From assembly GCA_019894855.1 (NCBI GenBank), contig JAGXNS010000001.1, positions 3,966-67,965 on the forward strand: a stretch of 64,000 nucleotides of DNA. The letters are read 5' to 3'. The DNA comes from Promethearchaeota archaeon. GTDB taxonomy: Archaea > Asgardarchaeota > Lokiarchaeia > Sigyniarchaeales > SOKP01. The notes under the pieces are model-generated. The model was not told where the DNA came from. It did not search any database and was given only the letters and a program-made list of their open reading frames with translations. How positions within the stretch are numbered: the stretch's first letter is position 1; every line of letters starts with the position of its first letter. Below, one piece after another: positions 10,013 to 18,363 of this stretch. The translations under genes and the position numbers were made by a program.

Positions 10013-10367
10013 AACAGAAGAATTTGGTACTAATTATTTAAAGAAAAAAAAACAAACCTTACATTTTATGATGATGGTTCCAATTATTTGTCGTATTAAA
10101 AACTGTTCAATTAAAAAGAAAGGGTAGGAATTAAAATCCTAACCTTCCAAAAAAATAAATTAGGGTGTGTTCAAAGAATTGCAAGAGTAGAAACCAATTC
10201 CGTGCCTTTTAAATGAGATCAGTAGCCGTAATTTCTAATTTTTTTTTACCAAACGCTTTTTCCTTTATAAGCATCGATTTTTACCTTAAAGTAAAAATAA
10301 ATTTGCGGTGTTTTAACTGAAACAGATTGAAGAACTAGGCACTTGCCCTTCTTGCGAGTGCTCCTTA

Positions 10368-10634
10368 ATGATGTACAAAACAAATAACTACAAAAGATTC
10401 GTCAAATGCGATGCGTGCGGTGTTTCGTATCCAATCCCGAAGAAGGGAAAGATAAGTAATTCTGCGCTAGAATGTCCAAAAAGTAATTTTCCGCTTTTAA
10501 TTGTAGAGAGAACAAATCAGCCTGCGTATTTTTGGTCGGATCAACCGTGCTTTACCTGTATCGATTTCGATAAGTGCTCAAACGTAAAAATTCTCGTCTC
10601 GGAATTTAAAGAATTGCAGGTGTATGGCTATTAG
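10368..10634 (+). CDS. topoisomerase-type C4 zinc-ribbon protein (true start probably upstream of 10368)
   Basis: FVKCDACGVSYPIPKKG and ECPKSNFPLL...CFTC resemble tandem topo-IA-type zinc ribbons. The partner CPSC of the first ribbon is encoded in frame at 10344-10355, upstream of the first ATG (see findings). Confidence 0.5.
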   Translation: MMYKTNNYKRFVKCDACGVSYPIPKKGKISNSALECPKSNFPLLIVERTNQPAYFWSDQPCFTCIDFDKCSNVKILVSEFKELQVYGY

Positions 10635-11655
10635 TTCGCCCAGAAAATCCTTCGTTATTATTTCGCTCATCACCGGCCTCGCCATTATTGGAGTAATGTC
10701 TACTTATCCTCGTCCGGTATTGAGTGTGACAAGTCAAAATGACAACCCAAAGGCGAGTTCTGAGCAGAATTTAGTAGACAAAGTGTTTACTTTTCTAGCA
10801 CCTAACGACACATTGCAATTTGAAGACTTAAATTTGTTCGAAAAAGTCAATTATTACGTATTACTTGAGATCGTAACTCCTCACGATTGCGAAATCAACG
10901 TGACAATCGTCGATCCGGTATTAGATGTGTACGAAGTGTTCAATACGGAAGTAAATATTTCTCAAGACGACGATTGGTTCGAAGTTCCGTTCGGGACGGC
11001 GATGGCTGGAAATTACACTTTCATTGTTTCGGTTGCATGCGCACTTACCTTAAACTTGCATATAAAAATATCGTTTGACCCGGAAGTAAAGTGCTTGTAC
11101 GACGTGATATCGCCAAAATTTTTAGAACGAATGAAATTATATCAAGTGAACAAGTTCACCAACGGGATGGTGGTTGAGCATAACACCGTCTTTAAAACTG
11201 ATGTGTCCTACAAGTTTTACCTCGGAAGAGTTTCGGCAATTGGGGGGTTAACTGTTGAAAATGAAATTAGAGTGGATTACGACGTGACCGATCCTAACGG
11301 GCTTGAGTTTACAATCTACCAAAACAAAACCGTAGGAAGCGTTGGTACGATTATGCACTTCGACTTCGGAACCGCTACGGAAGGAATTTACACGGTTAAA
11401 ATTCGGATTCACTGCCAAGTTGATGTAGTAAACATTGCTTATGCCATCGCTGAAGATTATCAAATTAGCACCATTAACAACGGAACTGACCCCGAAACTG
11501 AACCAACCGCAAATGAAACTGCGAGTGGTTACTTCTATGTGCCGATGGAGTGGACTCTCGCTTTTGGGCTCTCTGCCGGAGGATTATTGGCTATATTGGT
11601 GGTTTTTGGGGCGGTAAGACGGAAAAAGGACTCAGTCAGCTTGCGGACCAATTAA
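10624..11655 (+). CDS. membrane-anchored extracellular protein
   Basis: N-terminal signal/anchor FVIISLITGLAIIGVM, many N-x-S/T sequons, and a C-terminal TM plus basic tail (LLAILVVFGAVRRKKD). It overlaps the previous gene by 11 nt. Confidence 0.6.
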   Translation: MAISSPRKSFVIISLITGLAIIGVMSTYPRPVLSVTSQNDNPKASSEQNLVDKVFTFLAPNDTLQFEDLNLFEKVNYYVLLEIVTPHDCEINVTIVDPVLDVYEVFNTEVNISQDDDWFEVPFGTAMAGNYTFIVSVACALTLNLHIKISFDPEVKCLYDVISPKFLERMKLYQVNKFTNGMVVEHNTVFKTDVSYKFYLGRVSAIGGLTVENEIRVDYDVTDPNGLEFTIYQNKTVGSVGTIMHFDFGTATEGIYTVKIRIHCQVDVVNIAYAIAEDYQISTINNGTDPETEPTANETASGYFYVPMEWTLAFGLSAGGLLAILVVFGAVRRKKDSVSLRTN

Positions 11656-11656
11656 C

Positions 11657-11683
11657 TTTTTTTATTTTTATTTTTTTCTCTTT
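11657..11683 (+). terminator. oligo-T tract after the stop codon
   Basis: TTTTTTTATTTTTATTTTTTTCTCTTT begins 2 nt after TAA 11653-11655. Archaeal termination commonly uses T-runs. The AT-rich background weakens the call. Confidence 0.3.
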
Positions 11684-11853
11684 AAAAAGATGCTTGAAGC
11701 CTATTTTTTGGAGAATTTTTATGGACCAAGTAGAAAAGTTGTTGAATCTCTCTTATTTTACAATGATAAATCTAACCTTGGCTCAAAAGGTCTCGAAGAG
11801 ATAATAAATATAAGTAAGTAAAAATATTATTATGTTAGTATAATAATGTATAC

Positions 11854-12153
11854 TTGTATACAAAAAAGGTGATATTTATTAGTACAGTAAGGATTGATAA
11901 AAAACATTTAAAATTGTTGGATAAACTGATTTCTCATCTAACATTACGAGGAAATAAAGTAAGCAAAAAGGCTCTTGTAGCAAAGTTGATTGAGGATGCA
12001 ATGATGGCTGAAGGTATTGAAGAAAATGAAATTTCAGGATCAATAACTGATGATCACGCATGGAAAGGATTAGATGATGTTTTTGAGTTAGGCATTGAAG
12101 GTTTATCTGAAAACGTCGACGAAATTTTATATCAGTTAAATGGGGAAGAATAA
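11854..12153 (+). CDS. ribbon-helix-helix antitoxin (VapB-like)
   Basis: VRIDKKHLKLLDKLISHL...SKKALVAKLIEDA is an RHH pattern with an acidic tail. The gene abuts the PIN gene. The start is uncertain (TTG 11854 or GTG 11869). Confidence 0.6.
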   Translation: MYTKKVIFISTVRIDKKHLKLLDKLISHLTLRGNKVSKKALVAKLIEDAMMAEGIEENEISGSITDDHAWKGLDDVFELGIEGLSENVDEILYQLNGEE

Positions 12154-12565
12154 AATGGCTGTTTTTTTAGATACAGGATTTATATTAGCAATCAAGAACA
12201 AGGATGATAAAAATTTCCAAACTGCTCAATCTTGGATGAGGAGGTTTCTAAAAAATGAATTCGGAGAGATATATACATCTACATTAGTGTTTAATGAATT
12301 GGTGACCTTAGCATTGGTAAGAATAAAACGTCCTGATTTTGCGACGAATTTGGGAAATTATATTTTGAAGAGTAGAAGGATTAAGCTTATCAGTCTTACT
12401 GATGATGATTTTAAGAATTCTTGGGAGCTCTTTCAAAAATATAAGGAAAAAAGATTATCTTTTACTGATAGCACTATTTTAACTCATTGCAAACGGTTAA
12501 ACTGCAATTTTTTAGCTACTTTTGATAAACACTTTAAAGGTTTAATACCCTCAAATTTAAGTTGA
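12140..12565 (+). CDS. vapC: PIN-domain ribonuclease toxin
   Basis: MAVFLDTGFILA (first acidic residue), FNELVT, FTDSTIL and LATFDKHF are the PIN-domain acidic blocks. ATG 12155 (2 nt after the antitoxin stop) is an alternative start. Confidence 0.8.
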   Translation: MGKNKMAVFLDTGFILAIKNKDDKNFQTAQSWMRRFLKNEFGEIYTSTLVFNELVTLALVRIKRPDFATNLGNYILKSRRIKLISLTDDDFKNSWELFQKYKEKRLSFTDSTILTHCKRLNCNFLATFDKHFKGLIPSNLS

Positions 12566-12629
12566 GAGTACTATTAAGAGTAGCTATTTTATAAAAAACT
12601 ATAAAAAAGTATTAAAAAAAAATAAAGAT

Positions 12630-13775
12630 TTAAGCGCTCAAAAGAGCTTTGGCATTCGTTTGCCATTCGTTAATCATTTTAGAAGAGATTCCGCTGATTT
12701 TGGAAGCAAGTTGTTCGGGATCAGAATCTAATAAAGCTTCAACTGATGTAATACCGCTTTTAGCGAGATTTTTTGCTGTTCCGTCCCCGATGCCTTTAAC
12801 GTCTACTAAAGCATATTCTTCTGAATCAACAGTATTATCACATCTTTCGAGTTCTTGAACTTCTTCTTCATATAACGCTTCTACTTCGAAATTTAACCCC
12901 TTTGCTTCGGGAACTTCTCCTTTCTCGGTGTCGGCAATACCTACACTTGTAATAAAGAACTCCGCTTCTTCTGGTGGTAGATCAGGGGCGTCTACTATAA
13001 TCGCTCTTCGTTTTAATGAGCTATTGGAAGAAAATCCCTTAGTTTTGAACATTACGCGAAAATGGCAGCCGTGAGCGACGATATTACCTCCAATGGCGTC
13101 GTTCGCAGAGAACATACCCATAATCTTAGTCGAGACTTGATTCGTAAGTAAAACAGCGCAATTGTAAGTTTCTGCAACTCGCGAGAGCGCGTGGATCATG
13201 TTGTTGAGAACGCCTTGTCGACGGGCTAACATGCCAATACCAACGTATTCACTCCTTAACAAAGCCATTAAGCTGTCTACTACGATGAGTCGTACGTTTC
13301 TCGTCTTACATAAGGTCTCTGCTTTTTGAATCATCTGAGATTGGTGATCAGAACTGTATATCCTTGCGTGAAATATTTGTGAAAGAACCTTTTTTGGATC
13401 AAGTTCAAATCTCTTGGCGATTCTTTTGATCTTTTCTTTAGCAAATGTGTTTTCAGTGTCAATGTAAGCTACTGCAGAACCTAAGCCTCCCTTTTTTCTT
13501 GGAAGTTGGATTGTCACAGCAATCGTGTGAGCTAAATTTGTTTTTCCGCTTTTAAACGGACCATATACCTCGGTGAGTTTTCCTGTTTGGAATCCACCGC
13601 CCAATATTCTGTTTAGCTCAGAAGAACCAGTAGTAATGTACTCGGTGTTTTCATCTATTTCTTCTGCTGTTATGAACTCGGTCATACCTAACGCATTTCT
13701 GGCATTCCAAATCAATTTCTTCGCTGTCTTATCTCCTAGTCCATCTATCTCCGATATGATGTTATGTGGAGACAT
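12630..13775 (-). CDS. radA: RadA recombinase with extra C-terminal (HhH)2 domain (N-terminus probably extends to about 13865)
   Basis: Walker A GPFKSGKT. YIDTENTF, LIVVDSLMALLRSEY, LLTNQV and IGGNIVAH align block by block with archaeal RadA. See findings for both termini. Confidence 0.9.
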   Translation of the reverse strand: MSPHNIISEIDGLGDKTAKKLIWNARNALGMTEFITAEEIDENTEYITTGSSELNRILGGGFQTGKLTEVYGPFKSGKTNLAHTIAVTIQLPRKKGGLGSAVAYIDTENTFAKEKIKRIAKRFELDPKKVLSQIFHARIYSSDHQSQMIQKAETLCKTRNVRLIVVDSLMALLRSEYVGIGMLARRQGVLNNMIHALSRVAETYNCAVLLTNQVSTKIMGMFSANDAIGGNIVAHGCHFRVMFKTKGFSSNSSLKRRAIIVDAPDLPPEEAEFFITSVGIADTEKGEVPEAKGLNFEVEALYEEEVQELERCDNTVDSEEYALVDVKGIGDGTAKNLAKSGITSVEALLDSDPEQLASKISGISSKMINEWQTNAKALLSA

Positions 13776-14309
13776 CGCCAGCGCTTCCGCCGTGCTAATT
13801 CCACTTTCCTGAAGGAGTTTAATTTGTCGAGCGTTGATTGACTTTACCTGGTCTAAGTCTGAAATTTTTTACTATCAACTCCTATTTTTAATTTGAGATT
13901 ACATCCCTTTAGAATCATCTACTTATAAAGAAAAAAATGGTATATAATTTCAACTATTCAGAAAAAATAGGATTGAAAATTCTAACTCTTTTAACGAAAT
14001 TGGAAAATATAATATAGAAATAGCATTAAGATCTTTTTAAATCCCCATGTTGCTTAATATCTTTACACACTTCTACTAAATGTTCAAAAAGAACTTCTCG
14101 GGTCCACTTAGGTAGTTCTAAATTTATTTTTTTTAATTGTTCTGCTAATTTTCTCATGCAATTACCCGATCTTCGATATATAATCACAATAAGAAAGAAT
14201 TTCTTTAAAGAATTAATTCAAAAATAGCTTGTTTGTATCAAAGTTATGGAAAAGCGGATAATGCTAATATTTATAAATAGAATATTCGATCTCATTAATC
14301 TCTCCCAGC

Positions 14310-14705
14310 TTATTTGTTTTCACTTGCTTTCAATTCTTTTTCTAGTAATTTAATTTTGTTATCAATGTCCTTCGTTTTACTTTTCTTTTCTCTTTCAATT
14401 GCTTTAATGTTCTGGTCAAAGATTTTTTCCTTCTCTTTTATCAAGGAGTTGTATTCTGCTTCCAATTTCTTTGTAATAGAAAGTAATTCTTTCTTTTTTG
14501 CAGTTAATTCATTAAGATTTTTGAGGATTTCGTTTAATTTGGTTTGTTGATGAAGCAACTGTTCCCCAACATCCCTAATTCGAGGATCATACTCCTCATC
14601 ACATTTATTTGTAAAGTAGGTTTTTTTGTGTAACGCTATCTGCTCCACTTTCTCAATTTCTACTGCTATCTTAGTAATTTTATTACTAAGTTCTTCATCT
14701 GACAT
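14310..14705 (-). CDS. coiled-coil protein
   Basis: 131 aa, Lys/Glu-rich with heptad-like periodicity throughout. Confidence 0.45.
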   Translation of the reverse strand: MSDEELSNKITKIAVEIEKVEQIALHKKTYFTNKCDEEYDPRIRDVGEQLLHQQTKLNEILKNLNELTAKKKELLSITKKLEAEYNSLIKEKEKIFDQNIKAIEREKKSKTKDIDNKIKLLEKELKASENK

Positions 14706-14821
14706 TGTGACTTTCTTTGTTTTATTTATACTATTTATGAATCATAATTTAATTATACTTACTATAGAATTGAGATTCAAATCAATATAAATTATGTGGT
14801 CAATTATGATTCTTCTTTTCC

Positions 14822-15208
14822 CTAAAAACCTTGATCAACGTACATAGATAGTTCTTTTAAAAAATCTTTAGGGGCGATGCCGTGAGTCAAAATTTTGTGC
14901 CACATCTTCACATTCTGTAAATGAAAGGTCGAGTTGCCTGCGTCTAACTGCTCTGCAAATTCTATGACCATATCGTCAATAGAAAACTCGGATTTATCGA
15001 ACTGTCCGAAATATCCTCCAAAAGCAAAAAAAAGGTTTACGATCATCTCAACGTCTTCCTCAGAGAATCGTTCTCGGCAAGCCTTGCAGATTACTCCAAG
15101 TTTTAAGCTCGATTGATACAATTCGTGGCGATCTTTAATGTCAACTCGACAAATAGAACATCTTATCTGATTAGAAATTTTTGAATCGGGAGTGTTAATC
15201 ATAGTCAA
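14822..15208 (-). CDS. zinc-ribbon protein, AFGGYFG family (paralogue of 43922..44308)
   Basis: CSIC-x17-CKAC followed by FSEEDVEMIVNLFFAFGGYFGQ. It has the same length (128 aa) and motif order as the ORF at 43922. Confidence 0.6.
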   Translation of the reverse strand: MTMINTPDSKISNQIRCSICRVDIKDRHELYQSSLKLGVICKACRERFSEEDVEMIVNLFFAFGGYFGQFDKSEFSIDDMVIEFAEQLDAGNSTFHLQNVKMWHKILTHGIAPKDFLKELSMYVDQGF

Positions 15209-15276
15209 AATACTTATAAAACAGAGCTATTTAAAGGAAAAGGAAAAATCGGCCAGCATAATTTTTGCTTTATATA

Positions 15277-15400
15277 ACGACTTAATACTAAACTAAAGAA
15301 ATCCCTCTTTCTACGAGCTCGCATTTAATATCTCTTGAAAATTAATTGCCCCAAGATGTGAGTTTCATCCGCTTAGTATAATCCACACCAATTCTGTCAT
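15277..15400 (-). pseudogene. decayed copy of the 3' end of the RecA-paralogue gene at 18364..19074
   Basis: The minus strand reads ...TKRMKLTSWGN*FSRDIKCELVERGISLV*, against ...TKRMELLSRNKQITSELKYEILDRGISLV* in the intact gene. There is an in-frame stop at 15342-15344. The DNA alignment is given in the findings. Confidence 0.6.
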
Positions 15401-15412
15401 TAATGACAGAAT
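15391..15412. repeat. perfect 22-bp palindrome ATTCTGTCATTAATGACAGAAT
   Basis: Read directly: the sequence equals its own reverse complement. It lies at the inner edge of the left direct repeat, about 200 nt upstream of the radical SAM gene. Confidence 0.9.
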
Positions 15413-15614
15413 CCTAATTACTCTAACTCGAATAATATCCAACCTTTTAAATTGTTAGAAAAGTGCACCTTAAAGCTTTAAAAGCATCATTTTTTCTTAT
15501 TTTGTAATCCTAATGGCATAAAGCAATTTTTCAATAGATATGCATTGTGGATGGAAACATTTAATAATTTAATTCATAATTTGTTATTCAATAAATTAAA
15601 TCCAATTTAAAGAT

Positions 15615-16718
15615 ATGCCAAGCATTACTTCTCTAATATCTCAAAGAATCAAACCCTCTTGTGCTGTATGGGAAATTACACTAAAATGTAATAGTAATTG
15701 CATTCATTGTGGATCAAAAGCGGGAAAAACTCGTCTTGATGAACTAAATACCGAAGAATCTTTAAAATTAGTTAGGGAAATCCATGATTGTGGTTATAAA
15801 GGAGTTGCTTTAATGGGAGGAGAACCATTAATTAGAGAGGATTGGTATGAAATTGCGAAAGAAACCAAAAAAAATAAGCTAGAATTATCAATTGTTACTA
15901 ATGGAATAACTTTAATTGATAACATTCAAAAATTAAAAAGCCTAAAAGTTGACTGCGTATCGTTAAGTTTAGATGGAGGGTCTGCTAAAGTCCACGATTA
16001 TCTTAGAGGTATTCCAGGAGCATTTGAAAAAACACTAAATGCGATTAACAGGCTAAAAGAAGAAAAATTACCGGTCAGTGTAATTACAGCAGTAAGTAAA
16101 ACTAATTTAAATGAACTAGTTAAAATAAAAAACATCTTATTAGATCGAAATATTGCTTGGCAAATTCAGATGGCAATCCCTATTGGACGCTTTCCAAGAG
16201 AATTAACGATTTCGAGAGAGGAATTTTACACTGTAGCATTATTCATTGCTATAAATGTTAAAAAATATTCTTATAAAAGATTGCCAGTTATTGGTGCCCA
16301 TTGTTTCGGCCATTTTTCAAGGTTCATACCAAATTTAGGATTGGATCCATGGGTGGGATGTCAAGCGGGAAAATCAGTTTTAGGCATTCAGAGTAATGGA
16401 AACATTAAAGGATGTTTAACGCTCTCAGACGGATATATCGAAGGAAATATTAGAACACAGAGTTTGAAAACGATTTTGGAAAAGATAAGGTTAAAACAAA
16501 AACAGTTAAAAGGTTATTGCGTAGATTGTGATTTGGCAAATACATGTCGGGGAGGATGTTTGGGAACTGCTTATGCATTAAAAGAATTTGATGAGCCTTA
16601 TTGTCTAAGAGCAATCGAAAATAAATTGTTTTCTTCGAAACAATTACCAATTAAAGGAAAATTGGATTCAACAATTTCAATATTAAAAAATCTGTATCAT
16701 AACATAATATTCAAATAA
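15615..16718 (+). CDS. radical SAM enzyme with C-terminal SPASM domain
   Basis: CNSNCIHC (Cx3Cx2C) at the N-terminus. GCQAGKSVLGIQSNGNIKGC and CVDCDLANTCRGGCLG form the SPASM auxiliary-cluster pattern. Confidence 0.85.
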   Translation: MPSITSLISQRIKPSCAVWEITLKCNSNCIHCGSKAGKTRLDELNTEESLKLVREIHDCGYKGVALMGGEPLIREDWYEIAKETKKNKLELSIVTNGITLIDNIQKLKSLKVDCVSLSLDGGSAKVHDYLRGIPGAFEKTLNAINRLKEEKLPVSVITAVSKTNLNELVKIKNILLDRNIAWQIQMAIPIGRFPRELTISREEFYTVALFIAINVKKYSYKRLPVIGAHCFGHFSRFIPNLGLDPWVGCQAGKSVLGIQSNGNIKGCLTLSDGYIEGNIRTQSLKTILEKIRLKQKQLKGYCVDCDLANTCRGGCLGTAYALKEFDEPYCLRAIENKLFSSKQLPIKGKLDSTISILKNLYHNIIFK

Positions 16719-16752
16719 TCTAATAATAAAATTGAATGGAGGTATCTTAAAA

Positions 16753-17001
16753 ATGTTAGAAAAATTTTTTCAATTGAATAAAATCGGAAAAGAGTTAGGA
16801 TTAAGTAAGAAAGAAATAAATAAGGTACTAATATTTGGCAATCGTAAACATACTTTATTATACAAGAGCCTATTGATAATATCATTTATTTTTTTTGGCA
16901 TCATAATAATAATATTAGGATTAGAAGCCTCTAGAAATACTTATGCAGCAGGAACTTTCTATTCTACTGTGAAAATAAAAGACTTTAATAAAAAAAAATG
17001 A
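16753..17001 (+). CDS. small single-pass membrane protein
   Basis: GGAGGT at 16738-16743 lies 9 nt before ATG 16753. One TM (LLIISFIFFGIIIIILGL). The stop overlaps the next start (ATGA). The track start TTG 16732 is less likely. Confidence 0.55.
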   Translation: MLEKFFQLNKIGKELGLSKKEINKVLIFGNRKHTLLYKSLLIISFIFFGIIIIILGLEASRNTYAAGTFYSTVKIKDFNKKK

Positions 17002-18344
17002 AGCTTAATATCGGTTGCGGAAAAAAATACGATCCCGATTATTGTAATATTGATTTATACGAAGATTTAGTGGCTGATAGACTCATGTCAGCTTTTAACC
17101 TTGAATTTGATGACAATACTTGCGATGAAATTAAAGCGATTCATATAATTGAACACTTAAGTTTTTTTGAAACTATTTATGCTCTTAGTGAATTTTTTAG
17201 AGTATTAGAACCTAATGGGAAGTTAATCCTTGAAACTCCTGATCTCGAAAAAACTTGTAAACATTATTTAAAAGCAAACGAAGAACAGAAAAAAGAGATA
17301 TTGGGATGGTTTTTTGGAATACCTCATAAAGGATTGCAACACAAGATTTGTTTTCCTCCTTACTTATTAAGTGAACTATTATCCAATGCGGGATTTAGAA
17401 ATATTTCCACAGTATTCTATTATAACAATGAATCTATTCCTTCTGTTAGATTTCAATGCAAGAAACTTGATGAAGGCTATTCTCTTAAAATTTTTCAAAT
17501 CATAACAAAAATCCGAAAGACGATGCTCGATAAGAATTACATTGATTTTACTGATTCGTTTATTATAAAAGAGCAAGAGGATTTAATAGCAAAATTTGCG
17601 TTAGAATTATTAAAATTAGAGAAAAACGATAAAAAAGAAAAAGTTCTTGAAGTATTAACTGATATTTTAATAAAATCGCCCCAATTCGCTAAATTCTTTA
17701 TAGAAGCAATAGAATATAAAGATCTTCTTTCCGGGAACGAAATAAAATTAATTCTTAAGACAACTGAATTATTAGTTGATTTGAATTTTCCTAACATTTT
17801 ATTAAATTCTTTGAAAAAAGGACCACTTAAACCAGGAACCCAAAAAATTATTTTTCCTTCAATTGAATCGTTTGCTAGAAGTATTATAACGAAATTAAAT
17901 CAATTCGAAAAAAATCGGGACGAAATCACAGAGAAATTAAAAGGTCTATCTGATAATAGTAAGGAAATTGAAATCAACTTTTTTTCATTCACCCTAATTA
18001 AACAAAAATCGTTGGACTATTACTACAAAGGGATTAAGGCATTTTATGTAAAAAATTACAAGATGGCATATAATAAATTTTTAAAAGCCATACGACTATA
18101 TAGGGACGATTTATTTTATTATTGGAATCTAGCGAAAGTATTAGCTAAATTAGAATTAGAAGATCAAGCGATAAAATTCTATAAGTTAACACTGAGATTT
18201 TTAAGGTTACAAAAGATTCAATATAAAGATGAGATTAAACTTGATATTAAAAATGAATTACACTGGGTAAGAAGTAAGCAAGGACCGACCCCTAAATTTG
18301 AACCAATAATCTCATTTGAAAAATATCACAAGATTAGTATATAA
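16998..18344 (+). CDS. class I SAM-dependent methyltransferase fused to a helical/TPR-like C-terminal region
   Basis: LNIGCGKK (motif I), IKAIHIIEHL and LEPNGKLILETP (Methyltransf_11/23-like). The C-terminus has TPR-like AYNKFLKAIRLYRDDLFYYWNLAKVLAKL. Confidence 0.75.
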   Translation: MKLNIGCGKKYDPDYCNIDLYEDLVADRLMSAFNLEFDDNTCDEIKAIHIIEHLSFFETIYALSEFFRVLEPNGKLILETPDLEKTCKHYLKANEEQKKEILGWFFGIPHKGLQHKICFPPYLLSELLSNAGFRNISTVFYYNNESIPSVRFQCKKLDEGYSLKIFQIITKIRKTMLDKNYIDFTDSFIIKEQEDLIAKFALELLKLEKNDKKEKVLEVLTDILIKSPQFAKFFIEAIEYKDLLSGNEIKLILKTTELLVDLNFPNILLNSLKKGPLKPGTQKIIFPSIESFARSIITKLNQFEKNRDEITEKLKGLSDNSKEIEINFFSFTLIKQKSLDYYYKGIKAFYVKNYKMAYNKFLKAIRLYRDDLFYYWNLAKVLAKLELEDQAIKFYKLTLRFLRLQKIQYKDEIKLDIKNELHWVRSKQGPTPKFEPIISFEKYHKISI

Positions 18345-18363
18345 AGCTTTTCACGATTTAATA

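Noticed and set aside
15540-15572. 10-codon ORF (MHCGWKHLII) 43 nt upstream of the radical SAM/SPASM gene, considered as a RiPP precursor.
   Set aside because: It is too short to distinguish from chance in AT-rich DNA and has no Shine-Dalgarno sequence. It is mentioned only so that a precursor search can test it.
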